Positions 18,470-28,976 of a DNA stretch of 56,351 nucleotides are shown in pieces. Origin of the DNA: an uncultured Clostridium sp. (GTDB lineage: Bacteria > Bacillota > Clostridia > TANB77 > CAG-508). The notes under the pieces were generated by a model. That model worked only from the letters and a program-made list of their open reading frames with translations, had not been told where the DNA came from and did not search any database. Every line of letters begins with the position of its first letter. Within the stretch, counting starts at the first letter, position 1. The translations under genes and the position numbers were made by a program. The stretch spans positions 1 through 56,351 of the forward strand of contig USDF01000002.1 of the NCBI GenBank assembly GCA_900553405.1. The letters run 5' to 3'.

Positions 18470-18616
18470 ACCTTTCCACCTTTTTATTCTAAAACAAATC
18501 AAAAACGAGTAGTACTAGGCATTGAAAGCTGAAAAAACGGAGGCGTACGTGTTGTACGTCGAGGATTTTTCAAGTTTTCAATAACGAAGTAATACGAAGT
18601 TTTTCATTTGTTTTAG

Positions 18617-20827
18617 CTATTTTTTACGTTTAACCTCATACACACTATCAACTTTTCTAATTGCCTTTAATACATCATTTAATTGTTCTAGATTTTCTAC
18701 TTCTACTGTTACTTCTGTAATTGCTATTCTTTCTTTATTAGCTCTACAATTAACCGCTATTAGTTTTGTTTTTGCATTACTTATTTGAGCTATAATGTCT
18801 GCTAAAAGTCCTGATCTATCATTTGCAAATACTTCAATATCTACATTGTATGCCACTTCTTTTTCTGTGTACCAGTAAACATCTATCATTCTGCTTTCTT
18901 CGTCTTCAAATAAATCTTTCAAGTTTTTGCAATCTGCTCTATGAATAGATACTCCTCTTCCTCTTGTGATATATCCTACTATATCATCTCCTGGTACAGG
19001 ATTGCAACATTTTGAAAGTTTTACTAGACAATTGTCTATTCCTTTCACTACTACACCAGATTTTGAAGGTTTTGCTACATTTTTTTCTTTGCTTAATTCT
19101 TCTAATTTTTGCTCAACATTTTCTTCTTTATGAACTTTTCTGTATTCCTCTAATATTCTTGCTATTACTTTTCCTGAAGTTATTGCTCCAAACCCTACAG
19201 ATGCATACATATCTTCTATAGAATTGAATTTATATCTGTTTAATGCTCCTTGTATAAATTCTTGTTTAAATAATTCATCATGATTCATTCCTATACGTTT
19301 TATTTCTTTTTCAATTAAGTCTTTACCTTTTTCAATGTTTTCTTCTCTTTGATTTTTCTTAAACCATGCATTTATTTTATTTTTAGCAGTTGAACTTTGT
19401 ATAAATTTTAGCCAATCTCTACTTGGTCCTTTACTATTTTCTGAAGTTATTATTTCTATAATATCTCCGTTTTTTAGTTTTGTTATTATTGGCATCATTT
19501 TACTATTTATTTTACATCCTGTCATATGATGACCTATTTCAGCATGTATACTATATGCATAATCTATTGGTGTACTACCACTTGGAAGTACTTTTATGTC
19601 TCCTTTTGGAGTAAATACATATACTTCATCTTCAAATAATTCTGTCTTTAATGTATTTAAAAATTCTTGTGGGTCTTGCATATCTTTTTGCCACTCTAGT
19701 GTCTCACGAAGCCATGCTAGTTTGTCCTCTGAAACTTTTACATTTGCCTTTTTTCCTTTTGCAAAACTTGCTTCCTTGTAAGCCCAGTGCGCAGCAATTC
19801 CATATTCTGCAATTCTATGCATATCCCAAGTACGAATTTGTACTTCAAATGGTGTTCCTTTTTCTCCTATTAATGTTGTGTGTAATGATTGATACATATT
19901 TGGTTTTGGAACTGCAATATAGTCTTTAAACCTTCCTGGCATTGGATTATATAGTTCATGTACCACACCTAAAGCTGCATAACAATCTTTTACTGAATTT
20001 ACAATTATACGAAGTGCAAATAAATCATATATTTGGTCTAAAGTGATATTGTCTCTTTTCATTTTTCTATAAATACTATATAAGTGTTTTGCACGTCCTG
20101 TAATTTCTGCTTCTATTTTTTGTTTTTTTAATTCTTGTTTTATTTGTTCTTCTATTTTGTCTATAAATTGCAAACGTTCTTCTCTTTTTCTATCTATTCC
20201 TTCTACTATTTCTCTATATTCTTCTGGATATAAATATTTAAAAGATAAATCTTCTAATTCCCATTTTAAAGAATATATACCAAGTCTATTTGCAAGTGGT
20301 GCATACAAATCCATTGTTTCTTTTGCATTTGCTATTTGTCTGTCTCTTGATAAATATTTTAATGTTCTCATGTTATGAAGTCTATCTGAAAGTTTTATCA
20401 TTATTACACGTATATCTTTTCCCATTGCTAGGAACATTTTTCTGTAATTTTCAACTTGTGCCTCTTCTACAGATTCATAATTTAATTTGCTAAGTTTTGT
20501 TACACCATCTACCATTTCTGCAATTTCTATTCCAAATTCATTTGTCAAATCTTGATGTGTAACTTCTGTGTCTTCTACTACATCATGAAGAAGCGCAGCA
20601 CAAATAGTTGCATCATCTAATTCCAATTCTGCTAATGTATAAGCAACTTGAATTGGATGAATTATGTATGGTTCTCCTGACTTTCTTAATTGATCCCCAT
20701 GATTTTCTTTTGCATAGTTGTATGCTTTCATTATAAGTTTTATATCTGATTTTTTGTTGTTCTTTTTCATTTTATTTACAATATCTTCTATTGTATATTG
20801 TACTTTTGCTTCTTGCATTGCATTCAC
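18617..20827 (-). CDS. relA: Bifunctional (p)ppGpp synthetase/hydrolase RelA/SpoT
   Basis: 736 aa with HD, synthetase (RFKDYIA), TGS and ACT regions recognisable. Confidence 0.95.
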   Translation of the reverse strand: MNAMQEAKVQYTIEDIVNKMKKNNKKSDIKLIMKAYNYAKENHGDQLRKSGEPYIIHPIQVAYTLAELELDDATICAALLHDVVEDTEVTHQDLTNEFGIEIAEMVDGVTKLSKLNYESVEEAQVENYRKMFLAMGKDIRVIMIKLSDRLHNMRTLKYLSRDRQIANAKETMDLYAPLANRLGIYSLKWELEDLSFKYLYPEEYREIVEGIDRKREERLQFIDKIEEQIKQELKKQKIEAEITGRAKHLYSIYRKMKRDNITLDQIYDLFALRIIVNSVKDCYAALGVVHELYNPMPGRFKDYIAVPKPNMYQSLHTTLIGEKGTPFEVQIRTWDMHRIAEYGIAAHWAYKEASFAKGKKANVKVSEDKLAWLRETLEWQKDMQDPQEFLNTLKTELFEDEVYVFTPKGDIKVLPSGSTPIDYAYSIHAEIGHHMTGCKINSKMMPIITKLKNGDIIEIITSENSKGPSRDWLKFIQSSTAKNKINAWFKKNQREENIEKGKDLIEKEIKRIGMNHDELFKQEFIQGALNRYKFNSIEDMYASVGFGAITSGKVIARILEEYRKVHKEENVEQKLEELSKEKNVAKPSKSGVVVKGIDNCLVKLSKCCNPVPGDDIVGYITRGRGVSIHRADCKNLKDLFEDEESRMIDVYWYTEKEVAYNVDIEVFANDRSGLLADIIAQISNAKTKLIAVNCRANKERIAITEVTVEVENLEQLNDVLKAIRKVDSVYEVKRKK

Positions 20828-20833
20828 TTCCTT

Positions 20834-22528
20834 TTAATATGACTTTCTTAAGTCTTTCAAATTAATTTGTACACTTTCTCTTCCATTGAATCTATTTATT
20901 TCAAGTGAACCAACCATATCCACTTTATCTCCAATTTGATATTCTTCTGCTAAATGTCCTAAATTAAATCCTATACTATCAATATAAAAATTGTTATCTT
21001 TTAGTGTTAGTTTTATGTGTTTACCTTCTGACAAAGTTCTTATTGAATGTATTTTCAAGTTTTTATACATGAATAATGGCATCTTATTTGCCTCACCAAA
21101 TGGCTCTAACATGTTTAATTCTTCTACTGCTTTTATATTAATATCTTCAAGTGTTATTTCTTCATCAATTTTAATAATAGGTATTATATCACATATATTG
21201 CTATTTTGTGCATATTTTTCAAATTCTTCTTTAAATTTTTCAAAATTTTCTTTTTTTAGTGTAACTCCTACTGCCATAGAGTGTCCACCAAATTTTTCTA
21301 AATTTTCACTACAATTTGTTAAACTTTCATAAAGGTCGAATCCAGGGATGCTTCTTCCAGAGCCTTTTCCTTCATCTTCTTCAAAACAAATTAATATACT
21401 TGGTTTAAAATATAAGTCTGTTATTTTTGATGCAACAATTCCTATTACTCCATGGTGCCAATTTTCACTGCCTAATACTAATACTTGTTTATTCTTTTCA
21501 CTTTTTTCTATTTTGTTTACTGCATCCTCATATATTCTTTTTTCAATATCTTGTCTTTCTTTATTATACTCATTTAACCTTAATGCGATTTTTTTTGCTT
21601 CATTTTCATCTTGTGTTAAAAATAAGTTTAATGCTTCTTTTTCTTTGCCCATTCTTCCACATGCATTTATTCTTGGAGCTAGTCCAAATGAAACTGTAAA
21701 AGAATCTATTTTTTTATAACCTGAAGCTTCTAAAAGAGCCTTTAATCCAACATTTTTTGTTACTTCTACTAGTTTTAATCCAAGTTTTGCTATAACTCTA
21801 TTTTCATCTACTAATGGCACTATATCTGATATTGTACCTATACACACAATATCTAAATATTTTAAATATTCTTTTTCTTCTAACTCTAATCTTTGAGCTA
21901 TTGCTTGAATTAATTTAAATCCAACGCCTACACCTGCTAGTTCTCTAAAAGGATATGTACTATCTTTTCTTTTTGCGTCTACTACTGCTATTGCATTTGG
22001 TAAAACTTCTCCTACTTCGTGATGATCTGTTACAATAACTTCTAATCCCAAAGAATTTGCATAATCTACTTCTTCTATTCCTGAAATTCCACAGTCTACT
22101 GTAATTATTAAATTTACAGCATCATCTGATATTTTCTTTATTGCATCTTTGTTTAATCCATATCCCTCATTTAATCTATTTGGAATATATTGTGTAACAT
22201 TTGCGCCTCTTTCTAACAAGAAATTTTTAACTACTGTAATACTTGTAATTCCGTCTACATCATAATCTCCATAGATTAATATTTTTTCTTTATTATTAAT
22301 AGCTTTTATTATTCTATCTACAGCTAATGCCATGTCTGGCATTAAGTATGGATTATGAAAATCGTGTCTCGTTGGTTTTAAAAATAAATCAATATCTTCC
22401 TTTTTGATTAAATTTTTATTTACCAAAATTTTAGCAAGTAAATTGCTTATTCCATATTCATTCTCAATTTTTTCTACATTTTTAATTTTCTCATTATCTA
22501 ATTCTATACATTCCCATTTTTTGTTCAT
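20834..22528 (-). CDS. recJ: Single-stranded-DNA-specific exonuclease RecJ
   Basis: DHH motifs (YGDYDVDG, VDCG, TDHH) and a DHHA1 region (GGH). Confidence 0.9.
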   Translation of the reverse strand: MNKKWECIELDNEKIKNVEKIENEYGISNLLAKILVNKNLIKKEDIDLFLKPTRHDFHNPYLMPDMALAVDRIIKAINNKEKILIYGDYDVDGITSITVVKNFLLERGANVTQYIPNRLNEGYGLNKDAIKKISDDAVNLIITVDCGISGIEEVDYANSLGLEVIVTDHHEVGEVLPNAIAVVDAKRKDSTYPFRELAGVGVGFKLIQAIAQRLELEEKEYLKYLDIVCIGTISDIVPLVDENRVIAKLGLKLVEVTKNVGLKALLEASGYKKIDSFTVSFGLAPRINACGRMGKEKEALNLFLTQDENEAKKIALRLNEYNKERQDIEKRIYEDAVNKIEKSEKNKQVLVLGSENWHHGVIGIVASKITDLYFKPSILICFEEDEGKGSGRSIPGFDLYESLTNCSENLEKFGGHSMAVGVTLKKENFEKFKEEFEKYAQNSNICDIIPIIKIDEEITLEDINIKAVEELNMLEPFGEANKMPLFMYKNLKIHSIRTLSEGKHIKLTLKDNNFYIDSIGFNLGHLAEEYQIGDKVDMVGSLEINRFNGRESVQINLKDLRKSY

Positions 22529-22663
22529 TTTTCTACTTTTTTCCTTTTTTTACACTTTTGTCCTATTTTATAATATTTTTCTTAGTTTTAAAAGACTTTT
22601 TAGTAACTTTTTTATTATATTTGTAGTTTATATGTAAAAAGAGTGGTTATTAAACCACCCTTT

Positions 22664-23266
22664 TTACTTTTTAGAACTACTTGAATCTGCTTTTTGATCG
22701 CTATAATATGAACAGAAAATCATTAATACAGTTTTTTCATCTAAATTACAATCTTTTGTAATTCTTACTTTAAAATCATTAAATAAGAATTTTGAATTAA
22801 AATCTGCAATTAATTTTCCTTCCATATCATACATGTTTCCGTTAGTGTTAAACATATTAAATGTAACTCTTGCAATCTTCTCTCCATTTTCATTGTATAT
22901 TTCATATTCTTCACCAAAAAGCTTTACTAATCCTACCATCTCTACTGATAAATTTCCATTCACAAAAATTGAATGTGAATCTTGTTTAATCAAATGATAT
23001 GAATCATCTGCATAAGCAATTTGGTTTTCGTTTAAATCATACATTTTCAATGGATCTGTGATTACTTTAAATATATTGCCTTTGACTTTTACAAACTCTT
23101 TGTTATCTTTATCAATATCTATTGTTGTTGACAGCCGAAGAGATTTTACATCACATTTATATTCTGTATAATCACTCATTTTTTGCTTATTTGATAATAA
23201 TAAACCGCCTAACAGAAACAAGCAAATTAATACTACAAGTATAATCCGTCCTTTATTTTCTTTCAT
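22664..23266 (-). CDS. Hypothetical membrane-anchored protein
   Basis: I prefer the ATG at 23266, preceded by GGAGG. One N-terminal TM helix and no recognised motif. Confidence 0.5.
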   Translation of the reverse strand: MKENKGRIILVVLICLFLLGGLLLSNKQKMSDYTEYKCDVKSLRLSTTIDIDKDNKEFVKVKGNIFKVITDPLKMYDLNENQIAYADDSYHLIKQDSHSIFVNGNLSVEMVGLVKLFGEEYEIYNENGEKIARVTFNMFNTNGNMYDMEGKLIADFNSKFLFNDFKVRITKDCNLDEKTVLMIFCSYYSDQKADSSSSKK

Positions 23267-23368
23267 TATAATACCTCCATTATTTAGTATCATTTTTGTT
23301 TACTATAGTATTAATATTTATTTTACCACATTTTTATACAATTTTCAAATTTTATAAAAAACCAAAAT

Positions 23369-24658
23369 TTATACTTTTAATTCTATATCTTCTTTTTTGT
23401 ATTCTTCTGGTTTTAGTCCAAATCTAGTCCTCATATAATCCAAAGTAACAACCATACTAGCTAGTGCGATTAATCCTACTAGTAAAAATGCATTTTGAAT
23501 ACTTGCAACTTCTAGTAATACTCCTCCTAATATTGAAAATATACTTGCGGCAATTCCACCTATAAATTCATAAGTAAATGTAATTTTGTTTCTCATATAT
23601 TCATTTGTAAAATTCTTCAAATATTTTGATTCTAGTATATACCAAATTGAAGTTGATATACGTTGTATAACATACATTACAAGTATTACTGGAATAATGA
23701 AATCATCTGTATACATAGTTGAAATTACGCCTATTACAATACATGCTCCTATATACATTAATGATATAAAAGCTAATGTCCTATTTTTAAACTTCTTTTC
23801 AATAGGCTTCTTTAAAGAAAGTGATATTCCTCCTATTAAATTTAATATTGCAAATATCATTGAAAATTGTTCTTCTGGTATTCCTATATTCGTTAGTAAA
23901 TCTCCATTATATGTGTCTATTATGCTTATTAGACTGTAGAATACTATTTGGAATAATATAAATGCTTTCATTCTTTTTGATTTTAATATAAATTTAAATG
24001 ATGTTTTTAAATCTTGTTTATATTCTTTTAATGTATTTATTAATCCTTTACTATTATTTTTTTCTTTTTTTACTTCATATATATCTTCAAATTTGAAAGA
24101 CAATATAGTTGATATTATGATAAATCCTAAACAAATAAACATTGGTAAATAATTATTCATTACAAATAAATATCCTGCTGTTAATGATGCAACACCATCT
24201 AATATATAATATAGACTACCACCTTTAGCATCTAATTTTGAGTATAACCCTTCACCACCCCTTGTTGATACAGAGTCGTATAGCAAATTAGACTCGGCTA
24301 TTGTCTTTATATTATATCCTAAGGAAAAAATTAAATTTGCAATAATTATTCCTATTGCACCTGGAACAATTATTAAAATTAGCATATAAATTATAAGCAT
24401 TATATTTCCTAAAATTATACTTTTTCTTTTTCCAAAAAAGTCTGTAATTGCTACTGCTGGTATTTGCATTATTATTCTACACAATAAATATATTCCATTT
24501 ATTACTAATACTTCAGAAGCAGTGACTTTTTTGGTTATTGTGTAAAATAAGAACTCTATTGAATAAAAGAATAGTAAATCCCAAGAAAACATTTTATATA
24601 TTGGATAAAGTTTTGCATTTTTTCTTCGTATTTTATTTAATTCATTTCTACTTTTCAT
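23369..24658 (-). CDS. MFS transporter (paralog of 28977..30272)
   Basis: About 12 hydrophobic segments. Shares the C-terminal LDYMRTR.GLKPEEY with the second copy. Confidence 0.75.
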   Translation of the reverse strand: MKSRNELNKIRRKNAKLYPIYKMFSWDLLFFYSIEFLFYTITKKVTASEVLVINGIYLLCRIIMQIPAVAITDFFGKRKSIILGNIMLIIYMLILIIVPGAIGIIIANLIFSLGYNIKTIAESNLLYDSVSTRGGEGLYSKLDAKGGSLYYILDGVASLTAGYLFVMNNYLPMFICLGFIIISTILSFKFEDIYEVKKEKNNSKGLINTLKEYKQDLKTSFKFILKSKRMKAFILFQIVFYSLISIIDTYNGDLLTNIGIPEEQFSMIFAILNLIGGISLSLKKPIEKKFKNRTLAFISLMYIGACIVIGVISTMYTDDFIIPVILVMYVIQRISTSIWYILESKYLKNFTNEYMRNKITFTYEFIGGIAASIFSILGGVLLEVASIQNAFLLVGLIALASMVVTLDYMRTRFGLKPEEYKKEDIELKV

Positions 24659-24695
24659 TCTTTATTCCTCATTACTCTTTTGTTTAATCTTCCTG

Positions 24696-26135
24696 TTAGA
24701 TTTTCAATACTCCACCTATCGTTCTATTCATTGCCTCTTCTCCCATATCTTTACTAGCTACAATAGAAGCTCCACCTGCTATAACAACTATGTCTCCCTC
24801 TTGTACATATCCTCTTCTTTTAGCTTCTTCTATTCCTTCTGTAATAACATCATTTGGTTTTTGTTTGTTTGTTATTAGTATTGGATTTGTATTCCATGAA
24901 AGTGCTAATTGTCTATATGTTTGTTCATTTGTTGTTAATGCATATATTGGACATGCTGGTAAGAAGCTTGCTATCATTCTAGGTGTATCTCCTGTTTCTG
25001 TATATGCAAATATTGCCTTTGCTTTCATTTCCATAGCAGTTGATGTTACACTATGGCTTAAGTTAAATTCATAATTCAAATCTGCCAAATCATGTTCTCT
25101 TCTTGTAAATCTCTTCCAGTATTTTATATTAGCTTCTACTGCTGTTGCTATTTCATTCATTGTCTCAACACATTTTACTGGATATTTTCCCATGGCACTT
25201 TCTCCAGATAACATTATTGCTCCTGTTACATCAAATATTGCATTTGCAACATCGCTTATTTCAGCTCTTGTTGGATTTGGATTTTCTGTCATAGATTCTA
25301 ACATTTGAGTAGCTGTAATTACCATTTTTCCATCATTATTACATTTTTGAATAAGTTTTTTTTGCATAATTGGAACATCATAGTATGGAATTTCTACTCC
25401 CAAATCACCACGAGCTACCATAACTCCATCACTTAGTTTTGTAATTTCATCTAAATTGTCTATTCCTTCTTGATTTTCTATTTTTGATATAATTTTTATA
25501 TTTTTTCCACCATTTTCATCTAGTACTTTTCTTATATTTTTTACATCTTCTCCATTTCTTACAAAAGATGCTGCAATAAAATCAAATCCTACTCTACATC
25601 CATCTTTTAAATCTTGTATATCCTTCTCTTTTAATGATGGTAAATTTACATGTGTTCCAGGTAGGTTTATACTCTTTCTATTTCCTAGACTTCCTCCATT
25701 TGTTACTTTACAAATTACATCTTTATCTTTTACTTCTATTACTTCTAATTCTATTTTTCCATCATCTATTAATATAGTAGTCCCTACTTCTATATCTTTA
25801 TATAATTCTTTGTATGATACACTTACTCTTTCTTTATTTCCTATAATATCATCATTTACAAGTGCAAATATATCATTTGCTTTAAGTTCAACAGGCATTT
25901 GCTCTAATACACCTGTTCTTATTTCTGGACCTTGTGTATCTAGTAATAATGCAACTGGCATGTTTAACTCTTCTCTTGCTTTTTTTACATTATCTATATA
26001 TACTTTTTGGTCTTCGTAATTTCCATGTGAAAAGTTAATTCTTGCCACATTCATTCCTGCCAAAATTAATTTTTTTAATGTTTCTACCTCCTTTGTTGCT
26101 GGCCCTATTGTACATACTATTTTTGTTTTTCTCAT
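24696..26135 (-). CDS. pyk: Pyruvate kinase
   Basis: MRKTKIVCTIGPA and MVARGDLGVEIP motifs; 479 aa. Confidence 0.95.
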   Translation of the reverse strand: MRKTKIVCTIGPATKEVETLKKLILAGMNVARINFSHGNYEDQKVYIDNVKKAREELNMPVALLLDTQGPEIRTGVLEQMPVELKANDIFALVNDDIIGNKERVSVSYKELYKDIEVGTTILIDDGKIELEVIEVKDKDVICKVTNGGSLGNRKSINLPGTHVNLPSLKEKDIQDLKDGCRVGFDFIAASFVRNGEDVKNIRKVLDENGGKNIKIISKIENQEGIDNLDEITKLSDGVMVARGDLGVEIPYYDVPIMQKKLIQKCNNDGKMVITATQMLESMTENPNPTRAEISDVANAIFDVTGAIMLSGESAMGKYPVKCVETMNEIATAVEANIKYWKRFTRREHDLADLNYEFNLSHSVTSTAMEMKAKAIFAYTETGDTPRMIASFLPACPIYALTTNEQTYRQLALSWNTNPILITNKQKPNDVITEGIEEAKRRGYVQEGDIVVIAGGASIVASKDMGEEAMNRTIGGVLKI

Positions 26136-26242
26136 AAAATCTTCTTCCTCCTAAACTCTTTTTATATTATATATCGTACGTATTATATCATTAAATATTT
26201 ACATGTTCAATAGAAAAGAACTAGATTTTCTAGTTCTTTAAT

Positions 26243-28807
26243 CTATTTTACTATCCATTTTACTAAATCTAGATTTTCACTATCTAAAAGCATTTCATGT
26301 TTTGGCATAACTCGGAATGTGTAACCATAGTCTCCACCTGTTGTTAATTCTATTTTTGCTTTGTATGTAGCTATTCTTTCTTCTTCGTCATAGTCTACCA
26401 TTAACATTGGAATAACAGCTATTTTTTCTACTACTCCATTTTCTTTTATTCTTCCATAATAAACTTGTGCTTCAATATTTTCTGGCTCGATATTTGGTAA
26501 TTTTACTTTGCAAGATACTTCTATGTTATTTCCTGCATCCATTGTTATATTGTCTAAATTGTTTTCTTCTGTTATTACTATATCTTCCCAGTTATTATAT
26601 AGTTCTCTTTTCCAATTATTATAATTTGCAACTTCTTCTAAGTTTTCATAGTGTTTATGGTAAAGATTAGCAAGTGGCATATAAAGCTTATTTGTGTAGT
26701 CTACAAGCATTCTTGCTGTACTATATTTTCCACCTGTAGATATTATAGAGTTTTTCATATATTCCATCCATTTAGCAGATATTCCTTTTTCATCTTGTTC
26801 ATAATATGCTGGAACTATTTTATTTTCTAATGTTTGATAAATGCTTTCGCTATCACAATTATCTTGAATATCATAGTTTTCATATTCTGCATTTGTTCCT
26901 ATTGCCCAACCATTTTTTTGATTATATCCTTCTGCCCACCAACCATCTAAAATACTAAAGTTTACTGCTCCATTTACAGATGCTTTTTGTCCACTTGTAC
27001 CAGATGCTTCCATTGGACGTCTTGGAGTATTAAGCCATACATCTACACCACTTATTAAATAACGTGATAATTCCATATTATAGTTTTCTAATAAGAAGAC
27101 TTTTCCTTTAAATTGTGGCTTCATTGATATTTCATGTATATATTTTATTAGGTCTTGTCCTTCTTTATCAGCTGGATGTGCTTTACCAGCTATTAATATT
27201 TGAACTGGTCTATTTTGATTGTTTACTATTTGTGTTATTCTTTCTAAGTCTCTAAATAATAAAGTTGCTCTTTTATATGTTGCAAATCTTCTTGCAAAAC
27301 CTATTGTTAATACATTTGGATTTAATTTTGAAGTAATTTCATTTATTTCTTCATAACGATATCCGCTTCTCTTTAATCTTTCGGTAATGTTTTGTTTTGC
27401 TTTTTCCATTAATTTTTGTTTTCTTACCATATGTGCATTCCACAATTCTTCATTTGGAATGTCATTTATTTTTTTCCAAGTTTCATCTTCATAAATATGA
27501 TCTTGCCAATATGGCATTAAGTATTCATTATATAATTCTTTTAAATTTGGTGAAAGCCATGAACATGTATGAATTCCGTTTGTTACATATGTAATTGGAG
27601 ATTCATCTGCTGCAATTTCTGGCCAAACATCATTAAATAATTCTCTTGATACTGCGCCATGAAGTTTACTTACTCCATTTTTCTTACCTGCTACTTTTAG
27701 GGCTAGAATTCCCATATTGAATCCTGCGTTTGGCTTTGGATTTGGCTCCATTCCCATCTTAAAGAATTCTTCTTTTGAAATTCCAAATCTATCCCAATAA
27801 TCTTTAAAATATTTTTCTACTAAATCTAATGGGAAAATATCATTTCCTGCTGGAACTGGTGTATGTGTTGTAAATACTGTTTTTGAAGATACTATATCTT
27901 TTGCCATTTCAAATGATATTTCTTTTTCTTTCATCATATTTTTTATTAATTCCAAAATTAAGAAAGATGAATGTCCTTCATTCATATGATATATAGTTGG
28001 TTGTAAACCTAAAGTTTTTAGTAACCTTACACCTGCCATACCAAGAACTATTTCTTGTGATATTCTCATTTCTTGGTCTCCACCATATAAAGTAGTTGTA
28101 ATATTTCTATATTCCTCGTGGTTTTCTTCTATATCTGAATCCATTAAATATAAAGTTACTCTACCTACATTAACACTCCATACTTTTAAATATAGTCTTC
28201 TTTTTGGGAATTTTACATATATAATTAAGTCTTTTCCGTCTTCACCTTTTACTGGTTTTATTGGAAGTGTATTTATATCTATTCTTCTATATTCTGTTTC
28301 TTGGTCTCCATATCCATTTATTTTTTGATGGAAATATCCATTTTTATATAACAACCCTACTGCAACTAGTGGAATTCCTAAATCACTTGCTGATTTTAAG
28401 TGATCACCAGATAAAATTCCTAGACCTCCTGAATAAATAGACAAGATCTGATCTAGTCCATATTCAGCTGAAAAATATGCAATTATATCATTTTTATTTT
28501 CTGGATAATTTTTAGAAAACCATGTAGATTTGCTATTTTGATAAGCTTCAAAATTTTCTACAACTTTATCATATTGTTTTAAAAATTCTATACTCTTTGA
28601 GGCTTCTTCTAATCTTTCTTGAGAAACTTGTCTTAGGAATCTAACAGGATTTTTTTCTACTGTCTCCCATAAATCTCTATCTATTTGTTTAAATAAGCTT
28701 AGAAATTCCGTATTCCAAGACCACCATAAATTATTAGCAATTTTTTCTAATTTTTCAATTCTTTTAGGTAATTGTGGATTAACAGTTATTTTGTTAAACA
28801 CGTACAT
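26243..28807 (-). CDS. glgP: Alpha-glucan (glycogen/maltodextrin) phosphorylase, GT35
   Basis: 854 aa. EASGTSGQKA pyridoxal-phosphate lysine region and FARRFATYKR. Confidence 0.9.
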   Translation of the reverse strand: MYVFNKITVNPQLPKRIEKLEKIANNLWWSWNTEFLSLFKQIDRDLWETVEKNPVRFLRQVSQERLEEASKSIEFLKQYDKVVENFEAYQNSKSTWFSKNYPENKNDIIAYFSAEYGLDQILSIYSGGLGILSGDHLKSASDLGIPLVAVGLLYKNGYFHQKINGYGDQETEYRRIDINTLPIKPVKGEDGKDLIIYVKFPKRRLYLKVWSVNVGRVTLYLMDSDIEENHEEYRNITTTLYGGDQEMRISQEIVLGMAGVRLLKTLGLQPTIYHMNEGHSSFLILELIKNMMKEKEISFEMAKDIVSSKTVFTTHTPVPAGNDIFPLDLVEKYFKDYWDRFGISKEEFFKMGMEPNPKPNAGFNMGILALKVAGKKNGVSKLHGAVSRELFNDVWPEIAADESPITYVTNGIHTCSWLSPNLKELYNEYLMPYWQDHIYEDETWKKINDIPNEELWNAHMVRKQKLMEKAKQNITERLKRSGYRYEEINEITSKLNPNVLTIGFARRFATYKRATLLFRDLERITQIVNNQNRPVQILIAGKAHPADKEGQDLIKYIHEISMKPQFKGKVFLLENYNMELSRYLISGVDVWLNTPRRPMEASGTSGQKASVNGAVNFSILDGWWAEGYNQKNGWAIGTNAEYENYDIQDNCDSESIYQTLENKIVPAYYEQDEKGISAKWMEYMKNSIISTGGKYSTARMLVDYTNKLYMPLANLYHKHYENLEEVANYNNWKRELYNNWEDIVITEENNLDNITMDAGNNIEVSCKVKLPNIEPENIEAQVYYGRIKENGVVEKIAVIPMLMVDYDEEERIATYKAKIELTTGGDYGYTFRVMPKHEMLLDSENLDLVKWIVK

Positions 28808-28976
28808 TTCTTATTTTCCTCCTTTGTAAATTATGAAATTTTATCTTTTAGTAATTCATTTTTTATTATCTATTAACTTTATTTATTTGTCAAATATTTT
28901 TTAGTTTTTTATAAAAATATTTCTTAAATTTATTATTTATTAAATATAAATTATCATTTTAATCATTATATAATTT

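Noticed and set aside
23246-23248. In-frame CGG followed by A (GGA CGG ATT), examined as a sixth member of the C-before-GGA frameshift class
   Set aside because: Removing the C gives an immediate stop (TAG) three codons later. The existing frame encodes a sensible signal-anchor sequence (KGRIILVVLICL), so this is an ordinary Arg codon.
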